Below are positions 12,636 through 25,975 of a DNA stretch of 64,000 bases, one piece after another; position 1 is the stretch's first letter; each line of letters starts with the position of its first letter. A model generated the notes under the pieces. That model was given only the letters and a program-made list of their open reading frames with translations, was not told the DNA's origin and did no database searches. The stretch covers positions 103,833 to 167,832 of the forward strand of contig NMRA01000517.1 in NCBI GenBank assembly GCA_002633005.1, in the 5' to 3' direction. The translations under genes and the position numbers were made by a program. The DNA is from Phoronis australis. Taxonomy: Eukaryota; Animalia; Phoronida.

Positions 12636-14228
12636 AGGAGAATGCCACCCGATTTAATTAGTCTTTTACCTTCTTAATCAGTCTATATCCGCATCGCCTC
12701 TTATACGATCGACCTCACCTTGCCGAGAGGTGTCGCGTTAAACTGTGAGGAAGGTGAAAAACGACGCAGCGACGTCAGTGGTTCGTCTGCAGAATGAATG
12801 CCGTTGTATTGCAGTGCATTGTTCCCGCTTGTCCGAACTATGAAGCTTCCTCGAGAGCTCGAAATGCTTAGGAATTGGCTCGTGGTTGTGAAGAAGGAAA
12901 GTTACGCTGTTAATAGCAAGTATGAGGCCGTGAAACATCTCCGTGTCTGTGGCCGCCATTTCGTCGACAGTGATTTCTCTGACAAATTCCGACTTACCAA
13001 AGAATTATCCATACGTTCCGTTGCCTGCGCATGTTCACGGCGCCTCTGCTATTTTTTGATCAGTGGATTCCGGTTCGAACTGATAGCCTGTGAAACCTAT
13101 AACGATCCAACCCATGAAGTCTTCGTCGGATGAGCTCTTGACTAAGTCGGGATTGGCGCCGGGCGAGTTGCCATGTAGACGTTCATTATTCTGCTTAAAT
13201 AAAACCGAAACAAAGTCTGTCTCATTAGATACAATTTATTGTAATGCCTTTGTAGTAGTCGTGAGTGCAAATGTTGAGAAGCCAGCAATGAATAAACCAC
13301 TGTTACCGGCTTTTGATGCCGGCAATAAAGGTAACTGACTGCCGGGGCACCGAGGTCGTGGGAGCCCATGCTAATTCTGCCTTTGCTGACAGAAAGCTTT
13401 TGTGAAACAATTTCTCGATTTCATATGCTATGGTCACGTGTTAGGGGAATCTTTAATTCAGAAATACAAATACGTTATTCAAATCATTGTTACTGTACAA
13501 CCTTTGCCGTGACGTTCTATGGAAGGGTAACCCGACTTCGCGGCACCCGACAAGTAAGTAGATTTTCAGTTTCGTGGCTAATTCACTTAAATAATTACGA
13601 GAACATTATTTCTTTGGCTCACTATCATAGTCTTTTCGTGACTGGAGATTAGTTTCCAACTCAAGCTGGTTTATGTTCGTGCTAATCCCGGCGTCCGCGA
13701 CGAGCCTGATCGGGTTCCGAGCCACTGGCCGTGATAACAAGGCGTTATGTGTGTTTAGAAGTCAAAAAATCACAAGCCTAAGCAACACAGATCTAGGTTC
13801 TCCTGTCTATATTTCACGGAGGAATACTTCGAATTTATCTCCGAACAGACCACAAACTCCTGCTACGGACTTTCGTAAATTGGCCTGCCGAACTTTATAG
13901 GTTACGGTGTGTCCAAATACCAATAAATCCGTAACAACGAAATAAAATAAGTTTTTATAAGAGCTTTGTGTATTTTTAAGGGTGTTACATCGAAGTTTGA
14001 TGATTTATTGGTGTTAAACGATGAACTCAAGCAATAAGCTGACACCAGTAACCCGTGTTGTGAACTGCTGAAAAGACTGAGCGTGAAACCAATGACGTCA
14101 TTGGGTAATTTCAACACCTCCGTCTGCCCTCAGGTGTCAGGTAACGCAACCGAACGTGTCGTTATCGAGTAGAACTACTCGATCTAAACTGATACAAAAT
14201 AGGTTATTTTTGGGTGGCATATTCTCCT
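12636..14228 (+). mobile_element. Internally deleted Kolobok-type DNA transposon (THAP remnant on +, KolX/P2X7-C-terminus-like remnant on -)
   Basis: TIRs AGGAGAATGCCACC / GGTGGCAT(AT)TCTCCT, flanked by ATAA (left) and TTAA (right). THAP remnant MPLYC..CIVPACPN..PRELEMLRNWLVVVK..LRVCGRHFVDSDF at 12798-12985. The convergent remnant (SSDED..GF.GYQFEPE) at 13020-13175 is homologous to 56760-56925. Confidence 0.75.
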
Positions 14229-14232
14229 TTAA

Positions 14233-14480
14233 TGGAGTGTGTAGAGTCCCGCGTCTCAAACCACCGACTGTGGGGAGGGGCCGCGTGTCTCAAACCACCG
14301 ACTGTGGGGAGGGGCCGCGTGTCTCAAACCCCCGACTGCGGAAATTCGTCCGCGCCTCTCGAGCCGCCGACTGGGTGGGGAAGGGCCGCGCGTCTCAAAC
14401 CACCGACTTTGGGAGGTGCCGCGCATCTCTTGCTATTTTGCCGCTGGTGAGGGGTCTTGCGTCTTAGACCACCCACTCCA
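14233..14480. repeat. GC-rich tandem repeat of about 34 bp bounded by short inverted ends
   Basis: CGCGT(GT)CTCAAACCACCGACTGTGGGGAGGGG x4-5, with TGGAGTG / CACTCCA ends. Confidence 0.7.
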
Positions 14481-15394
14481 TTTCGTGATGCAATGAGGAC
14501 AGAATTTTAACTGAAAAATTCTGTCGCTCCGAGGATGTACATATTACCTTTGAAGCAGGCGAGGAAGTCATTTTGGGCGACTAAAGTAGCCAAAACGTGC
14601 GCGTCGAAGGTCTGTGAACATTTCGACTTCAGGACATTGGAGAAGAAACGTACCCATCATTTAACCATTTCTTTCACTCGAAATCTCGTTTTAGTAATGC
14701 ATCCTGTAAAGTCTGTATAACATTCAAGTTCTTTATAGTCCAATCATTCTAGGGCTCCAGAGGGCCCAACCTAGAAAAAATTGCAACAGAAGTTTTTTTT
14801 TGCATAAATGGCATCTTCCAACATCCCTTGGTATTAGTGACGCGTCACGCAAAGTTTGCCGGTAAATTCAAATCGTTTCCCACGCCAACCGACGACACCG
14901 GTGCTCTTTAAATTGACTACTCATTAGAAAACACGGTGACAGTCCTGGTCGTTATTCGAGATTATGCTTATAAAACCGCTACTCTTATGTTTACAGGATT
15001 GTCAGCGATGAACATGGTACACGGTGTGTGCTAACATTGAACAGTTTGTAACTAGGTGAATATTATGGACACAGTCAAATAAATTTAAAATGGCACAAAT
15101 TAAAGAAGAATGATAACTAGGTCAGATTTTACTTAATTGAAAAATTAGTGCAGACAATCTGAACCCGGCTTCTAAATTCCTCCGGGGGGCCACACACTAA
15201 TGGGTGCAACTGTTACGTAGAGCACGCTTCTTGATCAAAATTTCATGTATAGTGAATTTTGTTTATATGTCGTAAAGGAAGAGCACAGGCGACTCGTTTT
15301 GACAGTAATTGCCTTGTGGGTAGGATGAAGGAATGCCATCTGCGGATTAGTTACTGGAAGAAGTGAAGGCACTGAGATCACCTGACAAAAAAGC

Positions 15395-15607
15395 GCCGGC
15401 GGAGGACTAAAAAAACGGGGTTCCCCCTTCAGAACTGTGAACTGTGCGTCTGCGCCTCTTTCAGTGGTGGACTTTGTCTCGATTTCTGGGACTTTTTGTT
15501 TCTCTGTGGCGGACCTTTTTGCCCACTTCGCCAAATGGGGGGCTAGCTCGTTCGACTGAGCCCCCCGGCGAGCCCGCCCCCGGGCCCCCCAGCTGGGTGC
15601 GCGCATG
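15395..15607. mobile_element. Partial hAT-like MITE, same family as 50411-50691
   Basis: Shared internal sequence (GAGGACTAAAAAA..GGACTTT..TTTTGCCCA..GCCAAAT) and terminus CTGGGTGCGCGCATG. Confidence 0.6.
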
Positions 15608-16863
15608 ATGAGATAGTATAGGTAAAATCTCCTGTCAAGGAGAATAACATTTGTCTCATTTCATTGACCTGAATAATGTCAGTCGAGCTAGAACTTAAAA
15701 CGTAGATAACACGTCACTGGTCTCTCCGAAAACGTTGCATATTGGGCGCTACTCGATCATTTACTGACCGGCACTGAGTGTATGAATGAGGCTTACGGCC
15801 GCTGCGGCTGGGATATCTATATATATTTACTAGCTAGAGCGCCTAGCCATTCTGGACCGGCTTGTTTTAATAAGTGAGGCTTAGGAGTTAGTAGGGAACA
15901 CGAGAGATGGGGCGGTGTCCCTTGACTGGCCTGTTCGAGGCCATTTGTTTCCTGCCCAAAGACTGTGCGGACTAATAAATCCGCCATTGAAAAATTCAAG
16001 ATTTTAAGGCAAAGGAAAGAATCGGTTAACTGTAACAATGAAGAAAATAAACAGTCAGTTGCAATCGCTGTTCCCTTGTTGAAATATCCCCAGCCAAACT
16101 GAGTCAGTTGAGCTCGCAGTACGTGCCCTGCTGCATGACGCTGAGCAAGATGAACCGGATGGACGGCGACTTGTTGTCGTGTGCACCCGGCCACCGCTCA
16201 TTTGACCGATGGCTTTAATTATTATGACCAGTGTGATATTGACAGCCCCCCTCAAAAAAACGCACAAGTCAATTTGGTAAGTATTCTTCCGTAAAAAATG
16301 CGAAAAAAGAAAATCTACTAGTAGTTCGTGTTTTGTTCAAGTTTGCATCCAGTCGTTTCTTAATTCTGAAACAAAGCTACAGAATTAAATATTTTAATTG
16401 CCTTTTACATATATTTTACAAATACGTGACGTCTTGAACTTATTTTTTTAACGACGAGGTTTAAATTTTATAGTCCGCCTGGTGTTCCCGTTCCAGTGGT
16501 GCGCGACTGACATCTTGCTCAACGCGCTCTTATCTGAGTCCTATACTAGTCTAGGTGGGCACTGAGTGCATGGGCGATTAGTTAATTTGTGCCATGTTCG
16601 GCCTTGGAAGATTTCGTTAATAGTAGATTACGTCCGACGAGTACAGAGTTCAATCAATATTAATCCCAACTGATTTCAGAATTCGCTCTCCGCACTGGTC
16701 TGAATGGGCCACTCCGTCGGCGGATCACTGAACATTCGTCACTCCCGTTGGGTGGCGCTGACTCAAAAACATATATTCGAAAGGTAAATTTTTGAACTAC
16801 CATATCCGGTTTGAAGCGAGGCGAAAGTTGCATGAGATTTCAGTCTTAAGTTTGGGAGGTAGA

Positions 16864-19800
16864 ATGCAAAGATTATTCAGCACAGTCGGAAAGCTTGGCG
16901 TTGGCATCGCGGTTATTGGCGGTGTGGGACAGTCAGCTTTATACAATGGTGAGTAAAATGGGACAAAGGATTGCAGGAATCATAACGTCAACTCGCCAAA
17001 CCTGGGAAAATTCATCAAACCAATCCGCAATCGGTAAAGCAAAGCAGGCGTTAGGCTAGGCAATGACCATCGCCTGTGTTGACCCGAACCAGAGGCGNTC
17101 CTCAAATGTTGTAGATTTCACGAAAAAGTGAGAGTGGAGTGGCGCGCGTGATCCATGAGAGTGGGCAATTGTATATTGCGACACTTCATTTTATTTTTTA
17201 AATATTCCTGACAGAATTTGAAATGGGACCAAGTTATCCGACTATTACCGCCCTTTGCGTACGTGCTGCCGGGAACCAGCCAAGCATTTGCCGTGTTGTT
17301 AAAACACTAAAATGTCAAATATGTGCTCAAAGACTATTAAATGTCATATCAACAGCATTTATTTTTATCAAATACAAACAATAATTCATTGAAATACAAT
17401 CAGTTTCAAGTAACGCAAATTAAAGACCAGTGTAAGTGGTGCATTTTGGAAACGAACATTTGACTGACAAGACCGCAATGGCTCACCTTTGGCCTATTTA
17501 AAGATTGATGTCATGAAGTCACATCACCTAGCGAACGTGGTAAAAATTGGAGCGTGCGCAGTACTATAAAAATGGTGAGTTCACGATTTCGGGAACTGAA
17601 CGAGTGACTGCTCGAACAAAAAGTTCGATAACGGAAGTATTTGCTCGAGTTGTCACCACTGCTGCTGTGCACTGGGCTGTTATGAAGGTCACTCGGATTA
17701 ATGACCTAACATTTTTCAATTGGAAATTTGAAGGGGTTATGTCAACTTTACATAAAGGTGGCCTGCACGAAAGTTGTTCAGAATTTAATGGACATTTTCA
17801 CCATATTCATATCTTTACCGTAGCCTTGGTGTAAATAATTCTATACCGTAATAAGCATTTTTAGAAGGGCATTCATGAGACTTGCATGTTTAATAAAGCA
17901 CATTTATTGTCTGTAACATCACATTTACAAACAAGAATTTACAGTATATAACATACCTCAGCTTTGCACGATAACAAATTCATGACTTGTGCAGTTGGTG
18001 GCTAAAGCCTGTTTTGAAGTTCACCTTGGTGTGCAAAAACTTGAAACACGGGTGGGAACACAAAGCTATTCTGTGAAAAAGTCACAAAAATATCTAGTTC
18101 TGAATGAGTTCCATCATGTTTCAGAGGCTCTGTATTATGCTTGAAGGGCGTGAGCCAAGCATCGTCGTAGGCCCGTCCAAGTTCAGCTTCAGGGACCGGC
18201 AACTCCTCCAAAATTGCACTGAGATCTGAATCGATAGAATCTGCATTACTGTGACTGGTGTGTTAGTTTCCTCGTCACTGTCACCATCACTTTCGAGTGC
18301 TAATTTCAGCTCGTTTTCACTATCTGAGTCCATGAAAACTTCCTCAAGAAACTGGTCAACAGTCACCTTACCACGTTTGGCACTAGCCAAGATAAAACTT
18401 GCGTAAACTTTCAAATATCTCGGAAACAAATAACCACAGCGATATTTTGTAAATCAGAAAAATGTACAGGAAACTATGAACTGTGGAATGCACATGCTCA
18501 CATATATAAGCAGCATACGGGGCTTTCACAATTTCTGAATGAAAAACACCAGTGTCCTGGGGTGAGTACACTCTCCTTGCGCAGCCTAGCCGTAGCTAAT
18601 TATAGGCGATTGAGTACACCCTACGCATTTTAATAGGATAATAGGCTTGTCGGCTGACCTCGCCTTGTGCAGGATAAGGCATAAGGTCAATATCATTTAA
18701 ATGCTCAAGTGGCTGGTGTAAACACGTAGCAGGGGTGAACCTCTGCCCAAATTTTTTAGGTCATAATAAAACACAAGTTGGCTAACATCCTCTCCCACTT
18801 ATTAGGTTGCTATATGACCTTGGAATGTTGATCATTTGTTTTTTTTCTTAAAGCAAACATCTTTTCTTGTAGAACATTTATGTGAAGGACCTGTTTATAA
18901 CATGAAGAATAAAAAGTTCGGTCCATGTAACTGGTTGGCTAATAATTTTTGAAAATGGCTAAAAGTTTTCAGATGTTTTAGCTATTTTGGCTAATACTTT
19001 TTTTATAAGTCTAGTGCGAGCCTTGTTGCGCCCTTATTGGCCAGCACCAGCATATGAGCCGGCACAGCCTACGCGGGCAGTCTCCAAGACGAACAACAGT
19101 CGTCTTTGGATGCCAACAGAGGGCACATACAGCAGTAGGCTTGTGCAGCAGTGAGATAGGTCGAATAATGGCTCACTACACTGCTCCCATTATCAAAATT
19201 TTTCTTCAGTCTGGTTATTAATCAGTAGTTGTCTGCATGGAATCCATGAACAAAGCATCTGCTACTGCCGACTAGCATCAATCAGTAGTTGTCTGCATGG
19301 AATCCATGAACAAAGCGTCTACTACTGCCTGCTAGCATCAATCCATCTAATTTAGGTTGAGCAAGAATGTAATCTAGGTCTTTATGTTTGGTGGTGGATA
19401 TTCAGTTGATCTGCATGTGCATTCTTGTCTACAGTTGATGGTGGTCACCGAGCGGTCATATTTGACCGTTTCCGTGGAGTTCAAGACCGAGTGGTAGGAG
19501 AGGGTACACATTTCTTGATTCCATGGGTCCAGCGGCCAATCATATTTGACTGTCGATCACGACCTCGCAATGTTCCTGTAATTACTGGCAGTAAAGGTGA
19601 GTAATAAGCGCTGTAGTACTTGTGTTAGGGTTATGTAAAATGGTGGAAAATTGGCCAAATTTTGGTTCCCTTAGAACATCGTATCTGACAGATGGCAGAT
19701 CGTATTCATAGACATTTCTCCCATATTTGTCAGATGAAGGTCAAGGTTGCACATCAAATCCAAGAAGAGCTGATTATCTCACGAATGTTGGCAGTGATTC

Positions 19801-22800
19801 TTTGTGCCTTCTTTGTGTCATCTGTTTTATTTCCAATGAAATTGGTAGAGCAGTCTTCAAATTGACTTTCAGTTCTGTTGAAATTACTGTTCTTTGAATA
19901 TGGATTATTTGTGAATTAGTAAATTGGCTCGTCTCTTGTAAATGTGCAGCAACTTCGCTAAGCACCTTTTATTTGTGTTATTCAAACTATGTACTGATTC
20001 ATATATACATGTTTTGTTTATCATTATAGATTTACAGAATGTCAACATCACGTTGCGCGTCTTGTTTCGACCTGTTGAGAATCAACTTCCACAGATTTTC
20101 ATGAACCTCGGTCTGGACTACGATGAGCGTGTGCTGCCCTCTATCACTAATGAAGTACTTAAAGCTGTTGTGGTATGTAACACTAGTGACATCTTACAAA
20201 AAATGAAGTCAAATACTGGAATTAGCTTACTTGAATTAGTGACGTTACGTCCGATCCTAAAAAACGTCCAGCGTCAGAGCTTTCGAAAATCCACGGCAGC
20301 GCTGTGATGTTAGCTGTTTGTAATGTTCCCAAAAGTGCAGTAACTGTGTTCCAAAAGTTGTATTTTCACCTTCTGACATGAATATGGTGAATCCGGCGTT
20401 TTAAAAAACACTCTTACGGACAATTTTAAAAGATTGCTGTTTTGGTTATGCATTAAGTACATACATTGTTCACTCTGAACAAATTTGTACCGCTGCTTGG
20501 AGACATTGAGTATAGTGATGCATGTCTGTCAAGATATTTGAATTCATGCTGTCTTGAAACTTCTGAGTAACTGGCAACCAATCACCCGATGACAAATTGA
20601 ATTTGTTTTGAAACCTCTTGCCTAGAACTCAGTATTGTATGCATTTCTGTTTGGCATTGGATTCTTTTTGAATCACTGCTTTATTTTTAATGTCATGGAT
20701 GAAAACGCATTTATTACCATCTGGATTTTTTCTTTAGCATGAGTGAGTTCTGAGCCGTTACTTCTAAGATTTTATTTTCGGAATATTAACTCTTGCAGTA
20801 AAGATGCTAAATACATTATTGTGTACCTACCCCCATGTGCTTGGAATGCTGTAACTTTGAAATCATTTGGTTATGATTTTCACAAATTTCAACAGTGACA
20901 TCAAACACGGAATGATGACTTTGACTACAACCAATCGTAGGTTTTTGTTTGCTGCCGTTTTTTATTGACAAATTATACAAAATAAAACAATTTTGTATGG
21001 GAAGGTGCGAATACGTGATGAAGTGGTTATCAAAAGCGAAAGCTATAATAGGGTACAATTGTGAGGTACTTACTCTTCGAACACTTCCGGGCTTTAAAAT
21101 GCTTGCGGTCGTAACACGTTCAGCGTTGTTTTGTTTTGAATGTTTATACAATTTCACTGCAACATTTCACGTCTGCAACTTTTCACGTCTGCAACATTTC
21201 TTCACTGTTGTGTGTAAAAAGGACCTCGTACCTAAAGTTTCAAATTGTATTTCCACGAGAACATTTAACGTTTGATTTTACCGCGCTGTCAGTAATTCAA
21301 GAAGAATGTTTAACTACTTTGTTCTGATTCCACGCAATTTGTAAGTACATTCAGTTTTACTACGTTAAGTAGTCAAGAGAAAGTCAATAGACTGGGTTCT
21401 CTAGAATGGACAATGGAGAACGAACAACAGTTTGATGTCTTGTTTGTCCAAAGGTCATCCGCTAAATCATAAAACGGTAATTGCCGACTGAGGTTGTCTA
21501 AGCTAGGCGACCAGTTTGCTGACCCAACTGCTGACGGTAGAGGTGACTTAGCTGACAACTGGCAGACCGTTGCTGGTCGCCTAGACTACCGGTCACTGTG
21601 CAATTTCCAAAACAGTCGGACAAAAATTCGTGATGGGGTCTTATTCACTCACACTACCCAATCTAGGTTTGCTATCAACTCAAGTGAGTTAATTGGCTTT
21701 GGAAGGATTTATGTCCACGAAATGTCATTTAAGAGTTGATTGTCACAATTTATTTGTTTACGTTTGTTGTAGGCAGAGTTTGATGCTGGTGAGCTCATTA
21801 CTCAGAGGGAGGTAGTTTCACAGCGTGTCAGTGAAGAATTGATTGACAGGGCATCAAAGTTTGGAATGATTTTGGATGACATTTCCCTGGTAAGGCCGAA
21901 TAGCATATTTGGTTGTATATTTGTTTGTTTTGAAAAGTTAGCAAATTCGTTTGGATGACGCGTAATGCTTGGGTGAAAACGGAATTCACCGTCATAATAG
22001 CCGTCCCTCATGGTTGGTTATTTTAATGGAATGTCACTAAAATGCAAATTAAGCTAGTCACTCCTCCTATAGTTCATTACAATATATTAAATTTTAAACA
22101 AACCTTCTGCTATCTTCAAACTAATGAAACACGTGATACATGCAGACAAAATTCTCTTGAAAAGGCATCTTAGTCTTGAAGACTGAACTGTTATGGGACA
22201 GTGCCCTCTTGTGGGTTTCAAACAGTTGTAGAAGAGAGCCTGACATGGTGTTTGTAACACTTATTTCACCAAAAATAATTGCCAAAAATTACTATTTTTA
22301 TGCACCCACATGTTTATGTGGACTCATTATGCCGTCCATCCGGCGTCTGCTGCTCTATCTCCGTAATGCATTGACTTATTTTCATGAAATTTTGCATGTG
22401 TTCCTTCCGTGGATGAGACGGCATGAGCGAACTTTTGGACGACTACCGGTATGCCCCTCGTGGCAATTTTATTTTTTTATGTTTACCTGTATTTTCATAA
22501 AATTTAGCATACAAGCATCTGTTAATGAGGTGACGCTATCTCTCCGTTTTCAGATGGATTTGACCTAGTTTGTGCCACCTAGTGGCTATTTTTACTGCTT
22601 TCGAGTCTGTTCTTTGGCGCCCACTTGTTTATCAACCAAACCACTTTCAGGATAATTGTGAAAATTAGCATGTATGTTTTACTATGGAGTGGACGACTGA
22701 CGATGACTTTCCGCCTCCTAGTGTCAGTTTTGTTTTTTGCGCTCATGGCTGTATCGCCTAAGCCGTTTGCAGGATCTTTACTTTAGTGTAGTTATATTAT

Positions 22801-25180
22801 GTTGACAGCGGACAACGACGACTTTCGGATGAATCTGACTACTGGTGTGCCCTCTAGTGGCAATTTCAGTTTTTTTACGTTTACCTCTGTATCTTCAAAG
22901 GTCCTCAACAGATTTTCGTAAAATTTTGAATATAGGCACCTATTGGTGAGATGACGCTATCCTCCTGTTTTTGGTGGTTAGAGGTATTTGGCCATTTTTG
23001 CTGTGTTCAAATCTTCTTTTTGACGTCCACCAAATCATTCTGTGGATGGTTTTGAAAACTGGCATATATTGTCAGTGTGAAGTGTGATGATGGTGACTGA
23101 CTGTATATGTTCTCAGTGTGAAGAGGATGTTTGATGATTGCAACTGACTGCTGTGGCGCCTCTCAGTGGTAGTTTTCTTTTGTTTTGTTTTGCGCCCATA
23201 GCTGTATCTCCTAAACCCACTGCAGGATCTTTACTAGATTTAGTAAGTGTATTTATATGAAGATATCAACAGACGACGATGACTTTCAGGCAGATCCAAC
23301 GGACACTGTGCCTCCTAGTGGCAATTTCATTTTATTCTTTTTTCCTTTGTTTCTCTGAAGTTCCTTGACATATTTTTATGAAATATGGCATGTTCCTGTT
23401 TTTTGGATGGATTGTACGTTTTTGCGCCATCTAGAGGCCATTTTTATGATACAAATAAATAACCCTAAAAACATGTTGCTCATGTTCCATTCTTCAATGG
23501 CTGGTTTCCTTTTTGCAAATAATGGGAACTCTAACAAGTAATAGACTTATAACACGTACATACTGCAGAGGGTGCTTGTAATAGGCTTATGACATGTACA
23601 TAGTGCAAACCATGCTTCTAATAGACTTATGACATGTACACAGTGCAAACCATGCTTACAATAGACTTGTGTGTTCTCGGTCTGCATTAATGTTTGTTTT
23701 GTGACATGTACACAGTGCAAACCATGCTTCTAATAGACTTATGACATGTACACAGTGCAAACCATGCTTACAATAGACTTATGTGTTCTCATTCTACATT
23801 AATGTAACAAAATGGAGTTTCACTTGTCGCCCTTATTGTGTGCTAAATAAGTAAATAATTACAGTGTAGTCCCATCAATTGTCTTAACGTGGTGCACGGA
23901 GTGGTAGTCCCCTCTCACTTGCTGTTTTATCTTCATAGACTCATCTTTCATTTGGTGCCGAGTTCACAACTGCCGTAGAGTTGAAACAAGTAGCACAGCA
24001 GGACGCTGAGAGGGCAAGATACACCGTGGAGAAGGTAGGACCAGCTTGTCGCAGATTTGGTGGACACATCTCCCCTCTCTAGGCTTACAGATGTGGTTAT
24101 TGTGCATTTAAATATCATTAGTACTTGAACTACTAATTAGTGTGTTGAGATACTGACTAATGTATATTTTAAAATATTTTCTCATTTCCATCATGAACAG
24201 TACTTGGTCTGGTGTTGAGCTGTCAACAGAAATGTTTGATGCAACATAATTACAAAGAAATTGTTATTGTGTAATATGACCTAATCTCAGAGAAATGTTC
24301 ATTGTGTAATATGACCTAATCTCAAAGAAATGTTCATTGAATAATATGACCTAATCTCAAAGAAATGTTCATTGTGTAATATGACCTAATCTCAGAGAAA
24401 TGTTCCTTGTGTAATATGACCTAATCTCAAAGAAATGTTCATTGTGTAATATGACCTAATCTCAAAGAAATGTTCATTGAGTAATATGACCTAATCTCTC
24501 TGAAATGTCCAGTAGGGAGAGATATTCATTAAGTGGCCATTTTTCCTTCTCACCCCTTAATGTTTATTGAAGCAGTTCACTTAACTACCGTAACGAGCAT
24601 CATGGACAACAGAAAAGAACAAGCGACTGGTATTTGCCTTAAGAGACAAATGCTTTTGACATGCGTTGGTCTATTTAATTATCAGTTGTCAAGTGTTCAT
24701 GGTACTGTGTTTGTGATTTAGCATTGAATAGTATGTCACTGACTTCAATGGGGAACATGAAATTGACTGCGTGTCGCAAGTGAAACAAGATACCTTCCCG
24801 TAGGAATGCCTGCATTCAGGCAAGTCATGTGGGCTCCTTATCAAACCAACACTACCATGGCGATAAGGTGCTTTCTGTCTATGCAGATGCCAAAAAGTGA
24901 GACCTTTATTTCGTAGCATAAATAGTGAATAGCAGATGTTAAAGCGAGGTCATTTGTCTGTTCACAGGAAGAACAGAAAAAACGAGCAGCCATCACAATT
25001 GCTGAGGGTGACTCCCAGGCAGCGCTGCTTATTGCTAAGGCGATCGGTGAGGCGGGCGAGGGACTGGTGTCTCTCAGAAGAATTGAGGCTGCTGAGGACA
25101 TCGCCTATCAACTGTCCAAGGCCAGGAATGTGATTTATTTACCAAATGGACAAAGTACACTGCTGTCACTACCTCAGTGA
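16864..25180 (+). CDS. PHB1: Prohibitin-1 (SPFH/band-7 mitochondrial inner-membrane scaffold), 271 aa
   Basis: Exons 16864-16948, 19435-19596, 20030-20172, 21773-21889, 23939-24034 and 24968-25180 total 816 nt. Translation [182 protein letters not shown] carries PHB1-diagnostic motifs. Confidence 0.97.
18030..18390 (-). pseudogene. Degraded N-terminus of a piggyBac-like transposase in PHB1 intron 1
   Basis: Acidic Ser/Asp tract ([23 protein letters not shown]) followed after a frameshift by ..[22 protein letters not shown], which resembles PGBD-type N-termini. No catalytic domain or TIR confirmed. Confidence 0.4.
18729..19023. mobile_element. Dispersed repeat end shared with 50040-50212 (hAT-like terminus)
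   Basis: Shared AACCTCTGCCCA..TTTAGGTCA and TTTTCAGATG.TTTAGCTATTTTGGC.AATACTTTT..AAGTCTAG.GCGAGCCT. Confidence 0.6.
22294..23460 (-). mobile_element. Helentron-associated non-autonomous element (HINE/DINE-like) with internal diverged tandem monomers
   Basis: The minus-strand 3' end reads CCACATAAACATGTGGGTGCATAAAAA (hairpin plus subterminal IR of the 5' ATGCGCCCAC seen at 41907 and 58648). The body is homologous to 58633-59590. Confidence 0.7.
23540..23790. repeat. Minisatellite of about 40 bp
   Basis: Variants of AATAGACTTATGACATGTACACAGTGCAAACCATGCTT. Confidence 0.85.
24265..24500. repeat. Minisatellite of about 35-36 bp, about 6 copies
   Basis: TAATATGACCTAATCTCAAAGAAATGTTCATTGTG. Confidence 0.9.
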
Positions 25181-25278
25181 GGCAGGGATTGTGCCATGTG
25201 ACAGCCTCAGTGAAGCTGGGCTTGCATCATGTGACAGCCTCAGTGAGGCAGAGCTTGTGTCACATGACACCCTCAGAG
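25172..25278 (+). repeat. 33-bp x3 repeat that begins at the PHB1 stop codon
   Basis: CCTCAGTGAGGCAGGGATTGTGCCATGTGACAG and variants. Confidence 0.85.
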
Positions 25279-25474
25279 TAAACACTAGAGAGACATGCTG
25301 GTGGATTCTCCGTTGGCATTTTGGAATTTGTGACGTTTAAGTGTGGTCAGTATTCTGCTCAAATGGCTACTCAATGGGTGTGTTTATTGGTCAGTGCTGT
25401 GTACCATTACTAGACATCACTGAAGATAGTCAGTTGCTGTGAGGCCATGATTCATTTATTAGCAATGTTTTTGA

Positions 25475-25480
25475 ATAAAT
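25475..25480 (+). promoter_or_regulatory. Probable polyadenylation signal of PHB1
   Basis: AATAAA about 295 nt after the PHB1 stop codon. Confidence 0.55.
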
Positions 25481-25975
25481 GCACTTTCCACAACAGAAGA
25501 CACTTCCAAGTGAAAACTGTCATTATGTGATCATGTGCTTCTTTTGCCCCACACAACACTGACTGTCTAGTACATAGTCGCCTGTAGCTTAGTTCTGGGA
25601 CCATTGTCCAGGTAACCAGTTGATCGTAGGGCAGCCAGTTGTCTCTAATACAGAGGTAATCAGTTGATGGTAGGGCTGCCAGTTGTCTCTAATTCAGCAA
25701 GAATGTTGTAATAAGTGTTCTGGTGACTGATTTATTTCCCCACACCATCCGAGTGAGGCTACTTGAATGACCTGTCTGCCAGTATCACATACGAGTATGG
25801 CTCAAGTATCCCAGAAACTCGGTGAAATGACAAACAAGCAAAACTTACACAGTTCACGTTTGTGACGTCTGTGGATTGGGTGCACAAACTGTGTTTTCTG
25901 ATACCAGCATTGTGTTTGACAATCAGGAAGCATAGGTTACAAGTAAGTGAAACCGATAAAGTTTGAGTCTACTAC

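Noticed and set aside
15800-16862. PHB1 promoter and non-coding first exon (CpG-rich, CCGCCATT, donors near 16276 and 16784)
   Set aside because: Plausible, but the boundaries cannot be fixed without transcript data.
20238-21732. Possible old TIR element in PHB1 intron 3
   Set aside because: The terminal match is too imperfect and there is no convincing coding remnant.
24730-24910. Possible snoRNA or scaRNA in the last PHB1 intron
   Set aside because: No convincing C/D or H/ACA box arrangement seen. It needs an Infernal search.
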